The notes beneath the pieces were generated by a model, which was given only the letters and a program-made list of their open reading frames with translations, searched no databases and was not told the DNA's origin. Shown piece after piece: positions 51,561 through 64,000 of a DNA stretch of 64,000 bases (within the stretch, counting starts at the first letter, position 1; each line of letters begins with the position of its first letter). The position numbers and the translations under genes were made by a program. The DNA comes from Phoronis australis (Eukaryota > Animalia > Phoronida): positions 62,001 through 126,000 of the forward strand of contig NMRA01000620.1 in NCBI GenBank assembly GCA_002633005.1. Direction: 5' to 3'.

Positions 51561-52725
51561 CCCCCCCCCCCCCCCCGCCAGGCAACTGTACTGCTGACCG
51601 GCCATCAACCGACCTCGGGTGCTATATTTGGATTACAGTATCAGTTGCGTAATAGATTGTCATGCTGATATCACATTGCTCGCGGATGCATATTCGTCTC
51701 AGCACAGAGTCAAAGTAACCTAGTTTTAATGTGTCACCGTTAAGCCTGAGATTAATCATTTCAATGTTAGATGAAGATGTATCACTGTACAGCTAGTAAA
51801 AGTTTCCTACCAGCTTCAATTTTGGCATGATCATTACTTAGCTGTAGAGCGTCTTTTCAAATTATTTGAACTTTCTTGCTAAAGATGTGCATTAGCATAT
51901 GTTTTTTCATTACAAAACTCAATGTTATCACTCAAAATGCGAGACTCTTTTGAGTAATCCTTTGTCCACAATTCAGGTAATTCCTTTGTCCACAATTCAG
52001 GTTATGTTGGACCTTATCAACAAGTTCGTTCATTTAGCCAAATATTTTCAAAAAAATTAAACACAGCATATATTGTGTATTGTATATTCTGAAACTTGAA
52101 AGCGCATAGAATTCTTTTTTTTTGATACAATTAAATGGGTTATATCACCATGTGTGTTTAGAAAAATTTAGCAAACAAGAAAAATAATCTCCTTGGAAAT
52201 CAGCAGTATGAGGAACATAGGTAAATTTTGCTTGAAGTGCTTAAGATTGAATCTCAAAAACACTCATGTTGCAGTTTTCTGTGGTACAATTTCTTTTTCT
52301 TTCATAAAAATCATATTAGTCTTATTTTATAGCTCTTCATACAAAAGTGATACATTTGATTTAAACAATTACTTGCAGTGTTTTGGAAATGTTTTGGTAT
52401 AGTAAGGTTTGTGAAACTTATACATGAATCCCATCAGCTGTATCTGAGGTATAAACTTTCGAATTTGGACAAATTTGGTTATAGTTCTAGGTTTTTACAT
52501 AACCTTAACAGGAATTCTTCTGGATATGATTCGTAATTTGCATCCCACTATTACAAATATCATGGACAGTCGCTAAACTCCTGGAGCATTCTATGGTCCT
52601 TCAAGTTCTGCGTACAAGAAGGGCTCCTGGCAAACTACTCGTTTTACATCTTTTCATTTGTTGCTGTTTACTCTACATGTTTCTTTGTCTTGCTTGTACA
52701 TGTATAACGGTGTTTCTTGTTGCAG

Positions 52726-52828
52726 GTGGACTGTTGACGTAGAAGGTGCCACAGGAACGCTGTATGAAGGGGAGAAGTTTCAGTTGCAGTTTAAGTTCAG
52801 TCCAAAGTATCCGTTTGATTCACCCCAG
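52726..52828 (+). CDS. UBE2W: UBE2W exon 3
   Basis: WTVDVEGATGTLYEGEKFQLQFKFSPKYPFDSPQ; 103 nt. Confidence 0.97.
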
Positions 52829-53161
52829 GTACTTATACATGTATGAGATTGAAAGTTACTTTAAAATCCATTGCTCATTGATCATAGGCTTACGAATCTC
52901 TTCCTAATACACTTTCGTATTAGAAATATTACTTTAAACGCAGCCAAGATTCCATCTTCACTTTACACCCTTAATAGTTATCCTCTCAAACTGACAGCAG
53001 TCAAATCTCACATCAGGTGCCAGACTACAATTGTACCAAGCTCATGACTGTAAGAAAAAGACATAAAGTCAATAGTACTGGCAGCATGTTCAAGTCACAT
53101 AACATAATGCATTGAATACAATACCGTAGTTGGGTACTCCGTCTCACTCGAGACATCATCT

Positions 53162-53497
53162 AGGAGGATCCATTACACAGTGATCATTGCACATTCAATG
53201 TATTTGACTGACCATGCGCATAATGACCACATACACCCAACTGCACTTTACTCAATGGTGTGTCATCCATCCTCTATATATTGTTTTGTTATCCCCTGAC
53301 ATCTATCCTCTGTGTATAGCTTTTTATCTCCTTGCATCCATTTTCTGTATCGATGGATGTAAAGTGGTAACCAAACTATATAGATAGGATGGATGACACA
53401 CCATTGAGTTAAAAGCTATTGGGTGTATGTGGTCATTATGCACATGGTTAGGCACATACTTTGAATGTGCAATGATCACTGTGTAATGTATCCTCCT
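53162..53497. mobile_element. Foldback/MITE with ~120-bp inverted arms in UBE2W intron 3
   Basis: AGGAGGAT.CATTACACAGTGATCATTGCACATTCAA...CATCCATCCT vs AGGATGGATG...TTGAATGTGCAATGATCACTGTGTAATG.ATCCTCCT. Confidence 0.85.
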
Positions 53498-53973
53498 TGT
53501 CAGACTAAGTACCAGACGGGACACCAAAATGTTTCACAGTAATTAAAATGTGGCTGATGCACCCTCAGACTCCGATATAACACCTCAATATTATGAGGTA
53601 TTTCATTCGCAGAGCTATCTGTGAAACTTTTTGGTATCTCAGAAAATCACATGTAGTTCTAAAGATTATAAGTTTGCAAGTGACACGAACAGCACTGGAA
53701 ATCTTCAAGTGATGGCGTCGTCTGCACGTAGTGAGGCTGTAAAGTGTTCCTGAAACATTGTGTTTAACACAAAAGTGTGTATTAAAAGCTAATGTTTCAA
53801 TTTATGGTAACTCAGCAGTATTTTTAACATTTCATTGTGGAGACATTTTAGACAAAATTCTTGCTAAGTTGAACTGAAAAAAAAATCCATGGTTCATGGA
53901 AATTATTATGTTTGAAAAAAAGATTCATCATTGTATTTGTTTAGTAAATATGCATATCATGTAGTTTGTTGAA

Positions 53974-54088
53974 GTCATCTGTCTGTGTCTGTATTGGTCA
54001 TCTGTCTGTGTCTGGATTGGTCATCTGTCTGTGTCTGGATTGGTCATCTGTCTGTGTCTGGATTGGTCATCTGTCTGTGTCTGGATTG
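53974..54088. repeat. 23-bp minisatellite x5
   Basis: GTCATCTGTCTGTGTCTGGATTG units. Confidence 0.95.
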
Positions 54089-54202
54089 CAAGCTAGTAAT
54101 GAGACAGTGTGAAACGTAAAAGGTTTGAAAAGCTTCACTTTGTTTTTGTAGTAAAATATTTGGTAACTGTTAGAGTAAGTTGTCTCATGGTTTATTTCAC
54201 AG

Positions 54203-54358
54203 GTTGTCTTCATTGGTCACAACATACCCTTACATCCCCATGTATATAGTAATGGACACATATGCCTGTCGATATTAACAGAGGACTGGTCCCCTGCACT
54301 CTCTGTTCAAGCTGTTTGTCTAAGTATTGTTAGCATGCTTTCAAGTGCTAAAGAAAAG
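54203..54358 (+). CDS. UBE2W: UBE2W exon 4 (catalytic Cys)
   Basis: [52 protein letters not shown]; 156 nt. Confidence 0.97.
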
Positions 54359-55011
54359 GTAAGCCAGCGTAATTTGATTCTTCGTTATTAGAGATAAACT
54401 GCAAATAATTCTTTATGTACTTTCTTTATCTTTATTTTATTAAAAAATATTGAACATTCCAGAATAAACATTTGGATTTTACCTTTAACGGTTTACCTTT
54501 TATTTCCAACTGCTGATCAGAATACTAGTAAGCAACTTCCACAAGATTTTATTATCCTTTTTAAACAATCCAATTCTGGACTAAATGTCACTAGTATTAA
54601 CTCCTTTTCAGTCTAAAAAGTCGCCTAAGGTCACTTACTGCCCGACTACCACGTCATACATTAGCTAATGTCAGTAATTTATCTTGATTAAATTCTATAA
54701 AAACTTCTTAGACATCAGTGCCATTAAGTTTATATAGGACCAAAGAAAAATGTCCAAATTTGGCAATGTCAGTTAGAAATGGCTGATTAGCTTCATATGA
54801 AGCTTTCGAGTAATACTTGTCCATTCACTGTTCACCAGAACGGTGTTAGGAATTGTTTTTCAAATGTTGCACTTGTGCATGAGGGGATGTCAAAAATGGA
54901 ACTTTTACCATTTCTATTACATAAAAACTCATTGATTGCATAAAAGGAAATGATAATTTAGAAAACTGTAACCGCATTTTTGAGATTTAATCTTGAACAT
55001 TTCTATCAAGT

Positions 55012-56060
55012 GAATTTTTATGCGCTCACATACTTATATGTGGATGCATATTGCATCTCTGTCCAGGTGTCCAGCATACGCGGCTGTATCTTTGAAACCC
55101 TTTCAGGATCTTATTGAACTTTGGCAGGTGTGTTTCTATGTGGCTGTTGATAGGTGACAAGTTTCAGACCGACCGGAATACCGGTGTACACCCTAGTGGC
55201 AATTTTAGTTTCTTTACGCTTGTCTCTGTATCTTTGAAGTTCCTTGATGACTTTTCATGAAAATCACCAAATAGGTTTTTAATATGGAGGCGGTGAGGTC
55301 ATTTCATTTCCGGATAGATTTGATGGATTTTACGCCACCTTGTGGCCATTTTTGTTATTTTTGCGTCGATTTTCTGGCGCCCACCTTTCTAGCTGCCACG
55401 CCGCTCAAAGGATCATGATTTACAGATGTGTGGCTGATGAGAAAGCCATGACTGATGTTGACTTTTGGATGGGTCCAACAACTGTGATGCCCCCTCATGG
55501 CAATTTTTTTTCGTGTCTGCGACGAAACCTCCTTAACCCTTTAAAGGAGCTTTGTGAAATTTGAAAGATATATTCCTAAGGAGCTGTTGTCAAATGGTAA
55601 CGAGTGTTGAACTGATCCAGATTCCACTGTTCTCTTTGTGGCAAACATTTTTATTTAGGTTTGCCTCAGTATCTTCGGATTTCAGTAAATGTATTTTCAT
55701 GAAATTCAGCAAATGGGTTTCTGTTAAGAAGATGACAATGCCTTCCCATTTTTAGACAGATTTGATGTTTTCTGTGTCACCTGGTGTTCTCTATTGTAAT
55801 TTTGGCATCCGTTTTTTTTTTTTTTTTTTTGGCGTCCACTTCCCTATGTGCCATATTGCGCAAAGGGTCATTATGAGAACTTACAGACATGTTCCTGATG
55901 GGAATGCTATGACTGAAGTTGACTTTCAGACTGTGTCGCCTCTATATCTTAGGAGTTCCTTGGCTTATTTTCATGAAAATTGACAAATAGTTGTATATTA
56001 TAGAGACGATGCCACCTTTTCAATTCGGATGGGTTTGATGCATTCTGTGCCATTTTTATC
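55012..56060 (-). mobile_element. Repeat family B copy (reverse)
   Basis: Begins TTTTTATGCGCTCACATACTTATATGTGG (reverse of the family end); CCTAGTGGCAATTTTAGTTT near 55191. Confidence 0.6.
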
Positions 56061-56739
56061 ATACTGAAAACACCCACAGAAGTACACTGTTTTTGCTGCT
56101 GTTGTGGGCTCCGCATTGCTCTTATTATTCATATCGTTGGTACCATTGCTTTGCTGTGAATGTATTTTTCCTTCTTACACAAAATAAGTACTTTTCCAAG
56201 TTAACATCAACATTGTTCTCAACATTTCGTCATTACACAGATGTGTCTATAAGGTCCTACATTACCTTACAAAAGTCTATTGCAAATTAATGTCGCCTGG
56301 TAATAAAACATGTTTGACAGAACTCCTTTCTCGATGTTGAATGGAGACTACCATGATTATAATTATAGCAGAATGGCAGAGTGCAGTCAATGTTATTTGT
56401 TTCATTTAATGCTTTCACATGACTGGTATGTAGTTGTTCCTCATATTAGTAATACTTTATCTTACTTATATGGGAACAGTGTCCCTTTCACTTACGCCAT
56501 CTGTGATCTGTTGGCATATCATTCTGTAAATCCTAGTATTGCCATGCCACAGTGTTTCTTGATTGTACTTGCAGTATTGGGTTTTTTGTTCTTGGGGGGT
56601 GTCAGTTAGTGTTTTTATTCTTGCTTCCACACCTAGACATGCATTATGTTCCTTCAGTAGGTCAATCTCTGCTAAGAATTGGCATACAGCATTTTAGTAA
56701 GTAGATATCAAATAAACTCAGAAAATCAGGAACCCTAAC

Positions 56740-56797
56740 TGCTAATCGAACCACAGGTCTCTAGATTGTCGGTCTAGTGCTCTTACCACTGTGCTAT
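56740..56797 (-). mobile_element. tRNA-derived SINE head
   Basis: TAGCACAGTGGTAAGAGC...GGTTCGATT. Confidence 0.55.
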
Positions 56798-56901
56798 ATT
56801 TACTATGTTTACAACAGAAATCTCTTTGCAAATGTTTAAATATGTGTGGCAAAGACATTATGTAAGAAAGACTGACTTTTAACCATTTTGTGACTTTTCA
56901 G

Positions 56902-56977
56902 AAAAGACCCCCAGACAATGTTTATTACGTAAAAACATGTAATAAGAATCCAAAAAAGACAAAATGGTGGTACCATG
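56902..56977 (+). CDS. UBE2W: UBE2W exon 5
   Basis: KRPPDNVYYVKTCNKNPKKTKWWYH|GTAAGT; 76 nt. Confidence 0.96.
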
Positions 56978-57100
56978 GTAAGTTGTGTTGAGAAAACATA
57001 CCACTCAAATGGTGGTACCATGGTAAGTTGTGTTGAGAAAATATACCACTCAAATGGTGGTACCATGGTAAGTTGTGTTGAGAAAATATACCACTCAAAT
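56962..57100 (+). repeat. 45-bp tandem repeat x3 spanning the UBE2W exon 5/intron 5 junction
   Basis: AAATGGTGGTACCATGGTAAGTTGTGTTGAGAAAA(C/T)ATACCACTC x3. Confidence 0.97.
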
Positions 57101-57477
57101 TGTGCTCTTTCATCAAAACTTTGTAACGCTTTGTGAATAGTGTTTTCTGTGTTGAACTTGTAAACTCTTTTTGAGAAAACTATCTAACTGCTATGTACAT
57201 ATTTCTACTGCTTGCTCACATACGCGTATACATGTAAATGTTTTGTTTTAATTTTACATTATGTAATAATGTAAAGAAGTTTATTGCCATGCACTTTTAA
57301 TGACCATCATAAGCTTTCTGTAAATCTGTAAATTAATTAACAGATTGAAATGCTTCGACAGTTTGTGAAAGCCAGCATGTGGGGCTTTTTAGTCCCTTTG
57401 TCAAAGACTGAACAGGGTGTATTTACTGTTGATACATTACTCTTTGCATACTTCCTTTGTTTCTCTTGAATTTCCAG

Positions 57478-57491
57478 ATGACTCGGTGTGA
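57478..57491 (+). CDS. UBE2W: UBE2W exon 6 coding part (DDSV*)
   Basis: Long pyrimidine tract, TTTCCAG|AT GAC TCG GTG TGA; completes WWYHDD. Confidence 0.9.
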
Positions 57492-59974
57492 TCCTGATGA
57501 AGTATTCTTCATTACTATGGTGTAAGCTGCTGTTTGCAAAGCAGTCTTTATGGACAGATGATTATTTATTCTTCAGGACATAGTCATATTTGGCATTAAA
57601 TGCAGCTAAAGAACTTCTGAATAAAGCCATGTCTTGGAAACTGAAATACTTTACAAAACTGGGAATTTTGCTTTTTGTGTGTTAAGTTTTGTCTGTATGC
57701 TGACTGGACCATTCAAGACTGGACTTCATGTTCTCTCATTTTCGTACCCTGGATATTCACCATCTCGTTCACTTTATTGTTGATGCGTGTCCTTCAACAT
57801 GTGTCAAGACATGACTGGATGCAGACAGACAATTATCGCCATAACCAGAGACTGTATTCGGTGAAGACTGGTGGGCAGTTAATGAAAATCCTTGAGATCA
57901 TTTGGCTCTTCTTGTCTCATGCATTGCAATATCTTGAGACCTTTTTGAAACTTGACTGAAGTTCATGTGACCACTTTAATGAGCCCACCACAGCTGTTCC
58001 AAATATGGTGTAATAGCTGTATTATGATAAGGTCATGTCTCCTTACAACTGCACAATAGTCACCTCCCAGAGATACAACACCAGATCAGTTCCATTATTT
58101 TATCCTGAAATTATGCTCGTCCATTAGGCACTTGTTTTACCTTGTTTTCGAAATTCTATTCTGCATGTTTGTGCTATTGCTTTACTGGCCATTTTTGTTT
58201 GAAATTATTGTTAAACGTTTCATTGAGAGGCAATGTTGACAGCATGGAAAGTGATCGTAACTTAACAAGTGCATGTGGTGCAATATTTCATGTTTGTTTT
58301 TACGTTGTTAATCATAAAAGCACACAACATTTCAAAATTTAAATCATTGTCATATCTGGTTGTTCTCCATTCATAGAAAAGAAGGCTTCATTTTGGGTCA
58401 AGATTGTTCCTGACTGTAGTGCCATTAAATGAGCAGGGTATGTAATGTTATCGCTGCCTACACTTCATTGGAAAGTGGCACAAAACCTGATAATATGACT
58501 TTGTGAAGCACATAATGTAGTGAACTCTGGAAGTGATGAGCTGGGTATATTTTGTTTTTTGTACTTTGTTTGCTTCCATTCTGAGAATTACTTGTGGTCT
58601 CAATGTTAGATCTGTGAACACTTATGAGAAAACAACTGAGGAAAATTTTGCACTGTGTCACTTCTGATAATAGTTATATCAGCTTTGTCATTAATGTTTT
58701 TAAAGTGGTTATAAACGCGCCGATCATGGCAAAATCCAACTTTGGATGTAGACTACTTATTGGTATTGAATTGGTCTCAAATTTTTCCTTAGGCAATGTT
58801 GTTAGAACGTGGTGTGAACTGACACTTCAGTATTGCTCAAGACCAAACTATACAAGTTGTCTTATCACGACTTGTCATTTTATGCACCCGTGATGGTCTC
58901 AACCTGTAACCATCTGTCAGCTCACCTGAATATGGAACAAGTTGAGGCCTAATACTGTGCATAGCGGTATGCAGTATTAATCTAAATCTCACGTCTTGTG
59001 TGGAACTTGTGTTTGTTGCCTCTGAAAGTTTTCCTTTTTCTAGTTTCATTGATCTTTGTAATAAATTTAACACTCACTGGTTTATGATCAAATATGTTTC
59101 ATAGTGTTCACATGCTGTTGGAGTTTTACCCTGATGTAAGTAAAATGTTGACCTAGCTTTAGTGAGGAGGTTTTCAGCTCTGTTCTATACTGTTGCAGTA
59201 TGTTCATAATGTATATATATGTGTGTGTTTACTCATTGTCATGTGATATTGGCATTAGAAGATGGTGGATTCTGTAAAACAATGATAACGCAAATATATT
59301 TCAAGTTGTAGGTTACTTTGTGAACTCAAAAAGTGTAAGCATTTTCTTCAAAATACAGATTTTGTTCCATTTTGAAGTGCTGTTGTGACATCACTGTATT
59401 TTTACTCTAGTGTTTTGACTTCATGTGCTTTAGTAAGGGAAGAACTGTTTTATTGTTGTGCATTGTATATTGTATTGTAAATAAGTTGAAACAGTTGTGG
59501 AAACCATGTGGATCGATCTAGCACTGACCAGGATACACCTGCTTTTAAAGGGGACAGCGCAGCACTTCTGTTGAGGGGTTCCTAGGTATTGCTAACAATC
59601 TATTGACATATTTGACAAGAATGTGTAAGTCGCTGCCTCTTTTGTGAGTCTAGATGGAGTCCTCAACCTCCTCCTAACGGTAGCCAAAAAGACTAATTGT
59701 AAGTCTACACATGAATATACTGTAGGCTTGCTGTGTGGTGAAACTGTGAATTAAAAAAAGTCCTGTGTGTCTTGAAAGCTCTGTTGGGGTAATTAAGATC
59801 AACTTCAACAGTTTCCTTAGATTGTCCTCGCCAAATCTCCATGTGCCAATAATACATGTGTATTGATTAATGAATGACTCTTTTCTTGTGTTGCTGAACA
59901 TCATTTGCTCAAATCCAGGTGAAGTACTTGATAATGTTATGCATCCACATTTGCACATTTACAAAGATACGGTC

Positions 59975-60060
59975 GCTCACACACGCATACACGCGCGTGT
60001 GCGCGCTCACACACACGGGTACACACACACGCGCGCGCGCTCACACACGCGTACACATAC
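59975..60060. repeat. Compound (CA)/(CG) microsatellite
   Basis: CACACACGCATACACGCGCGTGTGCGCGC... Confidence 0.85.
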
Positions 60061-63000
60061 TTCACTGATGTCAAGTTCGTGTTAGACATTCATTAATACA
60101 TTTGATTGAACACAACACCGTATTGAATCAACCACATTTTACCAGTGTCTTCTCTTACGTACGTAGCAAAAAGTGAGACTTGGATCAATCTGATACAGGA
60201 GTTCCGGTGTTCATTGTGTGCGGTGAAAACAGAAATCAAGAGAATGCGATTATTTCGAAATGCATCGCTTATCTTCAGTGCATAACGTAGAATGTTAGTC
60301 ATTAAGCCACATCTATATATACATGTATATATACAAAAATATAAGTGCGCCTGAATACCGTCCGTCCAGCATCTGCTGCTATATCTCCAAAACGCCTTGC
60401 TTGGAGTTGTTCCAATTTTATGCACGCGCATATTCAAATGAACATCACGTTGCAGGGCCGTAGGAAGCGGGGAGCACGTGCCCCCCCAAAAAAATTTGAA
60501 GACGTAAGAGTCAAACCGTGGCAACCGACATAGGAGTGAAGCAGGGGACAGTCGAGAAATAAAAGACTGCGAATACCGATAAGAGGGAAAATTCAAGAGA
60601 ACATTTGGCAATCAAGCATCAGTGCACGGTTTACCCTTTGAGGACCTTAGCCAGGACATTGTTGTTAGGGTCTCCGTTTTTGCAGTATAGGTCGTCTAAA
60701 CGCACTTGAAACGTACATTTAATCATTCATACATGTACTTCGAAAGTTCGAGAAAATTTGTAAAGAGAAACTTTTGCTGAGCGTATTAATTCACTGGTCC
60801 AGGATTTTTAAATTCAATAAAACAATGTTGCGCATTCAAAATTATATTTTTCCAGAGGCCCCTCTATGGTAAGGGACAGCGGAGACAACTGTCGCTCTAG
60901 TTTTTCGTGTTTTTTTTCGAAATACTTCATTTGAGAAAAATTGATGACCTTACATATGACATCAATTACTGTGCATTTCCTGATTTTTGAAAATATATCT
61001 CTTTTCACATTTAGGAGCCCAGTCCTTGAAGGGGGCCATTGATGACATTCAAGTGGTCACCCTATTGACAAATTCTCAGTAAGGGGCCGCTTATGGAGAG
61101 AGGAGACAATGTTGGAATCGTTTCCTCCTACTTTCCTGCTCTTTGTGAAATCGTGCTGATGAAGGTCACTTCTTGCGGGGTCACACGACGATGGAATGAA
61201 CTGTCACTCTTTCCCAAGCTTAATGATGTTTCGCCTTTCAGTAGACGGGACCCTCTGTCGGTGCGGTGATTCGGGAGAATCGTCCCATTGCCCCTCTATA
61301 CACCTTCGACATGACACAGTGCCAATTATTCATGAATGTAACCTGAGATTTTTCGAATTCATCAAAAACACCGAACATTCGTGCACAGCACAGGAGTATC
61401 AAGACATTCTATCCGAAAAACCAAAAAATGTGAAAAATACAGTAAAATAGGCCGCCATCGAAAAAGGTGGATCCTTGAAAAACGTGAAGGTCACTGTGAA
61501 TTACATTATACACGAAAGGACTATTTCCGATGGTTAGTTATGAAATAATGTTACCTTTTCCCATAGCAGAAGAACAGCATTTTTTAAGGTCGTTACTATA
61601 GGAGTTGTTTGTAAGGAATTCGTGCCTGTCACAGACTGTCGTGCTACGAATTGTGATGACCGTGTAGATGTCATGAATGTCGGACAGCTCTAAAAAGTCT
61701 CCCAAGATGTTCTTTCAGTTCAAATGACAATAAATTGTTTGGCGTAATCTATTTTGCCCGGGGTACGCCACGAGCTGTGTTGCAGAGTAAAACAAGAGGA
61801 GGATTGCGAATAATGTCATTTATTATGACCTAACTAGATAAAACTAACTAAGACTCTGCAAGATGGGCATGGACAAAACGCCATAATGGCAGCACAGGAA
61901 TGCTGACATCGACTTTGGAACTAGATTAGTGGTTTGAATTCACAAATCGTAGTTCGAAAAAGAAATTTATGTCCATAAGTAAATAAAATTAAACTCATCG
62001 CTCATTAACTTGGGAATGTTGTCTTTGCACTTCCTTCATGTATGTTTTCTAGATTCCAGTAGTATGAATTTTTGTTCTTCAAAACTGAATCGTTTGCTTA
62101 CCATTCTTATGCATACTATGAAGACGGAGTACGTCATGACTGACGCACCCACGTTAAAAATAAGGTGCAACCATGCAGTAGGATCGCGCAAAATCTCTAC
62201 GGAAACGGAATTTGAACTCCAGGCGTTGAAGGGTGTATATTTTGGGACACACTCTGTATCATTTTTCCCAGCTACCCGACAGAGACTGGACTACCGGTGG
62301 TGTTTCAACAAGGGGTTTTGAAACAGCCTCAAAGGCCCTATATCAGGGACCTCGAGACCACACCCAGTTTTCCAAAAATTCCTTCCCGAAACTAGATCAT
62401 AATAAAACAACCATAGAGCCAATGCACAGGGATAGGGACGAGCTAAGCTGCCTGTCTCCAGTGAATAATAGCTGAGCTAAGCAGCGCTAAGAATTGGTTC
62501 ATCTGAATTTTGACACTGTTATTTCTTAGTTACTTGAAGTAGCTCCCAGCTACCCGTCAGTGCGCTGACCCTGTAGGGTCATTTTTATTCTCAGTGAAAC
62601 GTTAGTTCACGGTTTCTTAATTCCTGATAGTTGCATCTCTAGGATTGCCACCCCACCCCCATCCACCTATGGGGACGTGGGGGACTCCGTACAAATATGT
62701 CGCCATCAGGAGATCAGGATAGGGGGGAAGGGCGCCAGGTGGAGGTTGTGGCGACAGAAAGAGGGGAGTAGTTTGACGAAGTCAGATTCATTCGTGACCC
62801 CCCCCCCCCGGTCACAATTATTTTTGCATTCCTACGGGACTGTGGTGGTACATAGTACCTTCATCTCTTGGTGTCCGCCATCCACTCACAGTGTTGCATC
62901 AGTCCGGCCCTGAAGGGTCTTATTGGGATTTGGTAAATACGTCACTAGGAAGCTGATGACCGACGACATGTTTCGTTCAGACTGATCGAATTACCTCTTT

Positions 63001-64000
63001 ACCTTCTATTCAGTTGTCAGTTATACTGTTCGCGTTTTTTATCTGGATCTTCTTCAATAGATGTTTAAAATTAAGCCGGGATAAAATGAAGCCTTCCCAT
63101 TCGCTGGTGGATCTGACGTACTTACTAATTTTCATAGCCATATTTACATTTTTGCGTCCGCTTCTCCACCAAATTGCTCGAAGGATGTACATGTATTCCT
63201 GCCTAGCAGACGACGACTGTCGTCCTGCTGATTCACCATATGTGTTCTGGTCCCACAAGCCCAACAACGTTGGCGCCCCCGGGGGCGGGCAACCAAAGTT
63301 TGTTTTTCGTGTTCCCTGCCAGTGTCGGTATATTTCATTAACCTCTTGGGGGACCTTTGGGAAGATTGGGATGTACTGCTTTCCTATAAACTTGTTTACG
63401 GATGATGAAAACTTTCAGCCGGATCTCACGACCGCTGTATCCCATAACGGTAATTTAACTTCTTAGTGTGTTTACCTCTGTATCTTTAAAATTCCTTGGC
63501 AAATCTACATGAAATTTTACAAATGGGTTTCCGTAAAAGAGACGGCGATGTATGCTCATTTTCCTTGAAAGTGTAAAACATAAGTTCATCATTTAACATC
63601 AACTCGATACACAAGTAATGTGCGCAACTTCTTAACCTGTGCAAACCCGCTATATTCAGCACAAAAGATGCAAATGAGCCAGCCGACAAGTATTGCATGA
63701 AGTTGAGATATTACATACTATACTTTAAAAAAACTAAAGATAAGTTTTAAAGTTCTGTAATTCTGTGCTCAAGCATGTAATGATTTTCTTGGGAGATTTT
63801 CTAAAAATCCTAGTTTGCACTTGATGATTCCAACATTAAAGCTTGAAGTCACGTGTTGTTAATATTGATTCCGATAGACTACACTACACGCGCAGCTCAA
63901 CTCATAATTCATCATCAAGATGGCGGACCACTCCGCTCTTCGTAAACCACGTGACTTCAACTCTTCTATATTTATCTCATTGGGCAGCTCTCAATCATAG

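Larger units (their letters stand above)
46400..57491 (+). other. UBE2W: Gene span: ubiquitin-conjugating enzyme E2 W (6 coding exons)
   Basis: Spliced product MASKKRLQKEL...YEGEKFQLQFKFSPKYPFDSPQV...[68 protein letters not shown]. The HPH motif and KTKWWYHDD end are characteristic of UBE2W. Confidence 0.97.

Noticed and set aside
56836-57116. Repetitive - strand ORFs and a CRISPR-like appearance
   Set aside because: Head-to-tail 45-bp units with no unique spacers, a eukaryotic context and no cas genes
62950-62995. CTGATGA on + and CGAAACATGTC on -, resembling hammerhead pieces
   Set aside because: The two core halves are on opposite strands; neither strand has a complete core
63014-63466. 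150-aa ORF (and similar 100-170-aa ORFs at 633, 2697, 4444, 7031, 41226, 60093)
   Set aside because: No recognisable domain; several have non-ATG starts; they lie antisense to real exons or within repeat-like DNA
63910-63960. YY1-like CAAGATGGCGG and E-box CACGTG near the window end
   Set aside because: Could be a promoter or a transposon end, but there is no associated gene within the window to support it

Overview
AT-rich, intron-containing eukaryotic DNA from a non-vertebrate bilaterian (species not determinable here), with two N-gaps and several single-N joins. Four protein-coding genes were reconstructed by hand from splice sites and reading phase. (1) The first coding exon of a Hillarin/LTD-1-like LIM protein (- strand; the rest lies left of the window). 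(2) An 11-exon type I membrane protein: signal peptide, 2 CUB, 5 CCP/sushi, Ser/Thr stalk, TM and a Tyr-motif tail with FDNPMY (- strand, 26755-14186). (3) An 8-exon C8orf76-like TPR protein (- strand, 46150-30643). (4) A 6-exon UBE2W (+ strand, 46400-57491), head-to-head with gene 3. Introns hold decayed retroelements (CR1/L2-like, RTE-like, an RNase H-bearing I-group LINE, and a Penelope-like element with inverted pseudo-LTRs carrying minimal hammerhead motifs), MITEs, tRNA-derived SINE heads and minisatellites. The most notable oddities are a 45-bp triplication of the UBE2W exon-5 donor that could switch the enzyme's C-terminus, the Penelope hammerheads, and an inverted repeat pair bracketing the shared promoter and both phase-0 first exons. 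Homology calls rest on recalled family motifs, not database searches. Most short ORFs in the supplied track are spurious.
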